Shown here one piece after another: positions 56,567 to 64,000 of a DNA stretch of 64,000 nt. This stretch comes from Eledone cirrhosa (lineage: Eukaryota): positions 63,302,001 to 63,366,000 of the forward strand of contig OZ024741.1 in assembly GCA_964016885.1 (NCBI GenBank), given 5' to 3'. Position 1 is the stretch's first letter. Each line of letters starts with the position of its first letter. The notes below the pieces were generated by a model that did not search any database, was not told where the DNA came from, and worked only from the letters and a program-made list of their open reading frames with translations. Made by a program: the position numbers and the translations under genes.

Positions 56567-57095
56567 GTAAAGGCATGTGGCAGAGTAGTTAGAGAATTGG
56601 ATTCGCTATCGTGAGGTTGTGAGTTCGATTCCTAGACAGGGCGGTGCATTATGTCCTTGGGCAAGATACTTCACGTTGCTCCTTCTACCTGGAGTTTTGA
56701 CCGATAGAGAGTATTCGACAGATAGATCCGAACTGAGTTCGAAACAGCCGGAGCTCAGCCGTCGGGGTCCTGAATCTTTTCATATTACCGACTCTACTAC
56801 CCCAAGTATTGGTGGGTTATGGTCTAGCTGCTTTTTACCACTCCCTTTCTGATATATATATATAGTTATATTTGGGGATGGTCATGTACCCAATATCTGT
56901 AATAAAAACAAACACACGCACTATATTGAATGTGAATCAGTGAGGAGTTCACAGACCGTGTGATGAAAGAAATTTGATGAACGAATAAATAACGAGCAAT
57001 GTAGATAAATTGAAAATCATTTGGTGCGTGTGTTTCTCTTTATTAGCAATGTTTCACTTTATAACCTGCTAATATAATATTGATTTCAACACATT

Positions 57096-57277
57096 TTGGC
57101 AATATCGGTAGAGGGTCGGACGCCATGCTTTGACGCATAGAGTTATGGCTCTTGCCATTCTGAGTTCAAATCCCGCCGAGGTTAACTTTGCCTTTCATCC
57201 TTACGGGGTTGATAAAATAAAGTACCAGTAATGTACTGGGTAATTGCTGGCCTTGTGCCTAAAGTAGAAACAATTAT
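57096..57277 (+). mobile_element. Full-length SINE family 1
   Basis: A box TGGCAATATCGG, B box GAGTTCAAATCC, conserved 3' end. Confidence 0.88.
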
Positions 57278-57386
57278 ATATATACATATATATACATACA
57301 TTTATAAACATTTATATACATACACACACATACACACATCTATATATATATGAATATATATAAATATATATAACTAAATATATATC

Positions 57387-57482
<96 letters not shown>

Positions 57483-57485
57483 TGT

Positions 57486-58509
57486 GTGTAGATAAATCTA
57501 CCAAAATGTACGGTAGTGTCCAATCCGTATGAAGAACTCAATGTAATCCGAATATCATGAAAAGAGAAGATGTATTCAAAAAAGTTTTTCGGTGAAAAAT
57601 AACGGAAAACAGAGTCAAGATAAATTAATAAAATAATGAATAAACAAAGAAACAGTTCCTTATATTAAAAAATTCATCATTTTACGATCGTTTCTAGGAT
57701 ATATATGTTAGTGTTGGTATGCATATCCTATAGATCTATGTAAAATTTTTACAAACTATCAGAGGGAATATACATACCTACACATATATATATGCTGTCT
57801 TCAGAAATAATGATATTTGTTTATTGAAAAAAACCAACAAAGATTTAATACAATAGGTCTGTTTGGGAACAGGTTTTGAATTGACCAATAGAAAGATAGT
57901 GAAGGTCAAGATGGTAAAATAGTAGTAAAAGAACCTTAATTTATGGGTAGAGGAAGGTAGATTTCAGTTTTGGATGGAAAGAATATTATGAATGAAAGAT
58001 TATTTTAGGGATGAAAATAGGTCATATGCTGACCTCAGAAATAATTATATTTGTTCATTGAATAAAACCAACAAAGATTTAATATAGTAGGTCTGTTTGG
58101 GACCAGGTTTTGAATTGACCAATAGAAAGGTAATAATTGGCCAAATGGTAAAATAGTAGTAATGGAAGTTTATTTTAGGGGTAGAAGAAGGCAGATTTCA
58201 GTTTTGAATGGAAGGAGTATGAAGATTCAAAAGGTTATTTTAGGGGTGAAAATAGGTACACGAAAAGTTGCTGTTATAAAAGAATAATGCCAATGTAAAT
58301 ATCTAAGGAGACTAAAATTTTACGATAAAAGTGTTAGTGAAAAAAATATATATGGAATTTACATCTATGAAAAGAATATAAATTAATTTAATTGATGGGT
58401 ATATTTATATTGATAAAATTATATTAATGCATATAGATATGATAAATAAGAGTTAGATGTAGTTGAAGAGTGCTGTTAAAGACGATGGGAAATAAAAAAA
58501 ATATAAAAA

Positions 58510-58580
<71 letters not shown>

Positions 58581-60036
58581 TTGAGGGGGGGGGAGGTTAA
58601 ATTTATTAGTGAGAAATAATAAATATATAGAGATTTCAAGGAACATAGAACCATAACCTGAAATTAAAACATTATATATGTTTACTTAATGGTATCAATT
58701 TTAGAAAAAGATAGTTGTAAAAAGGAAAGTAAAATTAAGTAGTTCATCAGTAGTAGAATATTAATTATAGGTTAACTGAATTAAAAAAAGTTTTTATATT
58801 AATTTCTAAAATGTATATTAATTAGGTTTATAATATTTAAAGGTTTTTCTCAGTTTATGATTACACGATATTATTAATTCCTGTCGCTTATTTAATAAGA
58901 TATCCTTAGATTTCATTATTTCAAAAAGTTCTTGGGAACACAATCTACATTCATATCTATTATTTTGATAAGGGGTGGCCCTTTTGAGCACACTCCACGT
59001 CAGGTCATAATCTATATTTCTCTTTCTATAATTATTAATTATTTCAGCTAGAGATGTTGTATTAGCTAGTGCGGCATTTTAAAAACTGTTTGTGGGTATT
59101 AAATCTTACTTTAAATTGGTTAGAGGTAGCTCCTATATATGAATAAATTGAGTCCTTAGTGTTAACTTTACATTTATATACTATGTTATTAACAAGGCAA
59201 TTTCCTTTTAATGGGCAGTTTGCTTTTTTTCTAGTTACAACTTTTCGTGAATCCTGTATCAGAGGAGATATTATGGTTAGTTTGATGTACTGGTGGTATA
59301 CTCATGTTTTTTTTACATTTATATGCATTGTAGGCACTTATATTTCGTTTTATGTTTTTGGTTGTTGAGTAGGAGAATTTAACCGTTGATCTATTTAAAA
59401 TTTGATGGTATTTGTGGTTTGGCGGGAAGTTCTTCTCTAGGATATTAAAATTTTTTTTAGGTATATTATCCTTAATTTGTAAATTAAATGGAGCATTATA
59501 CCAAGTAACTCGTCTATTACGGTTTCGATGTTGTTTATTGTTTTTATAGGATGTATCCTGATGTTTATTAAGAGAATTATTGTTAATGACTTCACCACAC
59601 ACATTTTTAGTTCGATTTATTGATTTAGGTGTTTTAGCTTGTTTATTAGGAGTTTTAATATTAACATTTATTAGAGTAGTAGGATGAATAGTTTTTTGAG
59701 AGTTACTATATTGTATATTAAAAGAGTTAGAGAAATTTGGTTTTATGTTGGTATTTTGGGGTATAGTGTGAGTGGCATTTAGGTGTGTATGTTTCATTTG
59801 GTGTTTGTTGGTAATATTAGGTTGTATGTTTGTAGTGTTATTGCTACAAGGTATATATACTAATTTATTTTTGTGGCAACTTCTAGCTAAAGCTTCGTTA
59901 TAAAAGGTCGCATTTTTATCAAATACATCCTGGTTAGACGAAAGGTTAGAAATGAAATTCTAAGTGAGATATTATATGCTAGGTTTTTAAGGATAGATTT
60001 ATGGTGATTAGATTGTGAGTGTATGTAATGTAAAAT
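57486..60036 (-). mobile_element. Penelope-like element (Naiad-type) 3' half with pLTR
   Basis: Minus strand ISNLSSNQDVFDK, VTWYNAPF..EKNFPPNHKYHQILNRSTVKFSYS, CPLKGNC..IVYKCKV..YIGATSNQFK, CRLC; pLTR to 57486. Confidence 0.88.
57674..57813 (-). ncRNA. Type-I hammerhead motif with 103-nt stem II
   Basis: Minus strand TCATTATTT-CTGAAGA-CAGC ATATATATATG..GGTATGTATATTCC..GGATATGCATACC..CATATATAT CCTA-GAAA-CGATCG-TA-AAATGATGA. Confidence 0.78.
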
Positions 60037-60215
60037 ATTCTACTACTGATGAACTACATAATTTTACTTTCCTTCTTACAACTATCTTTTCCTAAAATTG
60101 ATACCATTAAGTAAACATATATAATGTTTTAATTTCAGGTTATGATTCTATGTTCCTTGAAATCTCTATATATTTATTATTTCTCACTAATAAATTTAAC
60201 CCCCCCCCCCCTCAA

Positions 60216-60271
<56 letters not shown>

Positions 60272-61845
60272 GGTGTTAAATTTTGCTTGAAGCATTGTGA
60301 AATGTGTAAAATACGTATTTAAGAAAGCCACAACAATGCAGAGGGAAATCTCGAGGTAGGAAGTGAAAGATAGATAGGAAAAACAGGTGAAAGTGAAAAT
60401 TGAGAGAGACAAAGATGAAAACAAAACAAAGGTAGAAGGGTTACCGTAGTAGAGATTTAATCCCAATATTTCGGGCTCACGCCCATCAACGGGGGAAAGT
60501 TCCAAAAGGGGGGGAACAGGCCAAGCGGAGAAAGTTGTGATGTCGTTAAGACAGGAATGACGTTAATAACGTTAATAACGGCATTCCTGTCTTAACGACA
60601 TCACAACTTTCTCCGCTTGGCCTGTCCCCCCCCCCTTTTGGAACTTTCCCCCGTTGATGGGCGTGAGCCCGAAATATTGGGATTAAATCTCTACTACGGT
60701 AACCCTTCTACCTTTGTTTTGTTTTCATCTTTGTCTCTCTCAATTTTCACTTTCACCTGTTTTTCCTATCTATCTTTCACTTCCTACCTCGAGATTTCCC
60801 TCTGCATTGTTGTGGCTTTCTTAAATACGTATTTTATATATATATATATATTCATTTTATATTTTTTTTATTTCCCATCGTCTTTAACAGCACTCTTCAA
60901 TTACATCTAACTCTTATTTATCATATCTATATGCATTAATATAATTTTATCAATATAAATATACCCATCAATTAAATTAATTTATATTCTTTTCATAGAT
61001 GTAAATTCCATATATATTTTTTTCACTAACACTTTTATCGTAAAATTTTAGTCTCCTTAGATATTTACATTGGCATTATTCTTTTATAACAGCAACTTTT
61101 CGTGTACCTTTTACTGACCTGACCTATTTTCACCCCTAAAATAACCTTTTCATTCTTCATACTCCTTCCATTCAAAACGAAAATCTGCCTTCTTCTACCC
61201 CTAAAATAAACTTCCATTACTACTATTTTACCATTTGGCCAATTATTACCTTTCTATTGGTCAATTCAAAACCTGTTCCCAAACAGACCTACTATATTAA
61301 ATCTTTGTTGGTTTTATTCAATGAACAAATATAATTATTTCTGAGGTCAGCATATGACCTATTTTCATCCCTAAAATAACCTTTCATTCATAATATTCTT
61401 TCCATCCAAAACTGAAATCTACCTTCCTCTACCCATAAATTAAGGTTCTTTTACTACTATTTTACCATGTTGACCTTCACTATCTTTCAATTGGTCAATT
61501 CAAAACCTGTTCCCAAACAGACCTATTGTATGGTTTTTTGTTGGTTTTTTTCAATAAACAAATATCATTTGCCTTTCATCCTTACGGGGTCGATAAAATA
61601 AAGTACCAGTAATGTACTGGATAATTGCTGGCCTTGTGCCTAAAGTAGAAACAATTATTTCTGAAGACAGCATATATATATGTGTAGGTATGTATATTCC
61701 CTCTGATAGTTTGTAAAAATTTTACATAGATCTATAGGATATGCATACCAACACTAACATATATATCCTAGAAACGATCGTAAAATGATGAATTTTTTAA
61801 TATAAGGAACTGTTTCTTTGTTTATTCATTATTTTATTAATTTAT
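60037..61845 (+). mobile_element. Inverted pLTR of the 57486-60036 PLE, with a nested palindrome (60269-60836) and a nested SINE (61569-61658)
   Basis: 60037 onward is the reverse complement of 58760 downward; includes the giant-stem-II hammerhead at 61653-61791. Confidence 0.85.
60269..60836. repeat. Near-perfect palindrome (~265-bp arms) with a ~38-nt one-sided tail, inserted in (TA)n
   Basis: 60307-~60570 is the reverse complement of ~60575-60836. Confidence 0.92.
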
Positions 61846-62073
61846 ATATATATATATATATATTGGTAAACGGAAAAGAAAATGGTGACAAATTGTTCAC
61901 AGTGAAAAATAGTTTAATTAGGAATAAGTGAAAATTAGTAATAGTATTGGTTAGTATTCAGATTTGATTTTAAGTTTTACCGGTTGCGCATTTCTAATGC
62001 TTTTCAAAAATAATTTTGAGATAGAGCGTCCGTGATGTTTGCTCTAATCTGGTTAGCTTTGGAAATTCTACCT

Positions 62074-62131
<58 letters not shown>

Positions 62132-62291
62132 TCCCGCCCGTCCCCTCAATCTATCTTATTTCTCATGTTTTCTTCCAACGAAGGACTAGCGTCCGAACCA
62201 ATTAAAACCATCTTCCTGCTATATCAAGCGTTAGCCTAATATATCGCTTCCATATACTGTACTGATTGTGTTGTTATTTCTGTTTACCTTT

Positions 62292-62344
<53 letters not shown>

Positions 62345-62659
62345 ATGAGAAGAATGAATACTGCGTGGTTGCACATGGGTTACATATGATAAAAATAGTC
62401 CTTCATCAGTGATTTTCCAACCTTCATTGGTATTTCATCGCTTTAAAAATCATATACCTCCAGTTGGTGCGAGCAATAGCTAAATAAAGCTATTAGGACA
62501 AGTAAATCGCGTAAAGCGAGCGACACAAGTAAACAAACATGGAAGGATAGCAACACAAAGATAGGATAAAAAAAAAGCACATGGAAGTCCGATCAGCTAA
62601 AGCTGTGTGGAATTCATGATATATATATATATCCATAAAGAAATTTAGGTTTTCTAATA

Positions 62660-64000
62660 ACACTTTCGTTCTTTTCGACAAAACTAATAATATTTACGAA
62701 GTCGACAACACCACTTTCCGCCACCTGGCCCATAACGCTATTACTCCAAATATAAGAAAGCTAACCCTTTGGCCTACCACGAAATTAATACAGAAGTCAA
62801 AGAACTTGCCGCCGCCCTTAAGGTAGATAAGAAGCTACAATCTCTAGCTAAGCGGGAGGCGTTCCTCACCATGAAAGATCACAAGGTAGGCTTTACTTCT
62901 AACCCCACATGTAGACTAATGAAATCCGGCACGCACAGATATGGGACTAGTCAGTAAGGCCATACTTAGAAACATAGTTAAGACCATTAGGACCAAGTCC
63001 AACCTGTCCCAGTGGGAGAACAGCGACACCGTAATTATGTGGTTTAAGTCCTTCAAATCCCAAAAAGAGAAGTTCATACAGTTTGATATTGTTGATTTTT
63101 ACCCGTCGATCTCAGAGACCCTGTTAAACAAAGCGTTGGACTTTGCTACCACTTACACTACCGTCGATGGTTTAGACAGGGAAATCATCGCTCACTGCTG
63201 GAAAACATCCTCTTCAACGACGGAGTAGCCTGGGCAAAGAAGTCAACAACTTCAGACCTATTCTACGTCTCCATGGGATCGTTTGACAGTGCTGACGTAT
63301 GCGACTTGGTTGGCTTATTTATTTTAGACATATTACGTGTTAGATTCCCGGACTTCCACACGGGAATATACCGCGACGATGGACTGACCTTATCGAGCCA
63401 TAAAAGTGGTCACGACATCGACCGGTTTAAAAAAGACAGCTTCTACCTTCAATGAGTTAGGACTTAGGAAAACAGTAGCTACCAACCTCTCTAGCGTAGA
63501 TTTCTTAGACATTAATTTAGACCTTCGCACACACACATACAGACCCTTCCATAAGCTAAATGAAAAACTCAATTACATTCACAAGGACTCGTGCCATCCA
63601 CCCCCTGTTTTTAGAAACTTCGTTAAGAATATCAGTACTAGAATCTCAAACCTCTCCTCTAATAAGGCTGTCTTTGACAGGGCGGCACCCTACTATAATA
63701 CGGCGTCAGCAAACACCAGTCTTGCAACCTATCATTTACTCTCCTACTATCAACAACAGCAATAAGAAAAGAAAGCGTAACAATAGGCAAACTATCTGGT
63801 TCTCTCCTCCCTTCTCACTCAACTTTAAAACCAGTGTAGGCAAAAAGTTTCTAGCCCTCTGAGATAGACAATTTCACATAGGTCATAAATACCGCTCCAT
63901 CTTTAACTGACACAAAGTAAAACTAGGATACTCCTGCGCGAAGAACATGAAGGCCCACATCACCAACATACCTAAGAGCAACAACCCACCAGAGTGCTCT
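62660..64000 (+). mobile_element. Penelope-like element RT region, degenerate, running off the window (family of 25705-27059)
   Basis: DKTNNIY, AFLTMKDHK..NPTCRL, FIQFDIVDFYPSI, MGSFDSADVCDLVG, GIYRDDG, IWFSPPFS. Confidence 0.9.

Noticed and set aside
60040-60060. CTGATGA at the start of the inverted pLTR (mirror at ~58744)
   Set aside because: No downstream GAAA-stem III-stem I closure found.

Overview
Eukaryotic, AT-rich, microsatellite-dense DNA, most consistent with a coleoid cephalopod (octopus-like; inferred from repeat content, not proven). It looks like long intronic sequence of a host gene. The only host coding piece I can support is a 108-nt phase-1/phase-1 exon (20924-21031, minus strand) from the hormone-binding domain of a class B (secretin-family) GPCR, most like PDF receptors. 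Nearly everything else is retroelement debris. There are R4/Dong-type RLE LINEs ending in (TAA)n, including two near full-length copies in opposite orientation. There are RTE-clade LINEs with C-terminal C2H2 fingers, a Tx1/L1-like 3' fragment, and two tRNA-derived SINE families. Many Penelope-like elements (PLEs, Naiad-type RT plus C-terminal GIY-YIG) and their pseudo-LTR remnants sit in (TA)n tracts, often as fold-back palindromes. The most interesting signal is about 15 type-I hammerhead-ribozyme motifs in these remnants. Their stem II ranges from absent (4 nt) to about 100 nt, with intact cores and palindromic stem III, and several lie on the host pre-mRNA strand. All structures were read by eye and element boundaries are approximate. 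Most ORFs in the supplied track are microsatellite or antisense artefacts.
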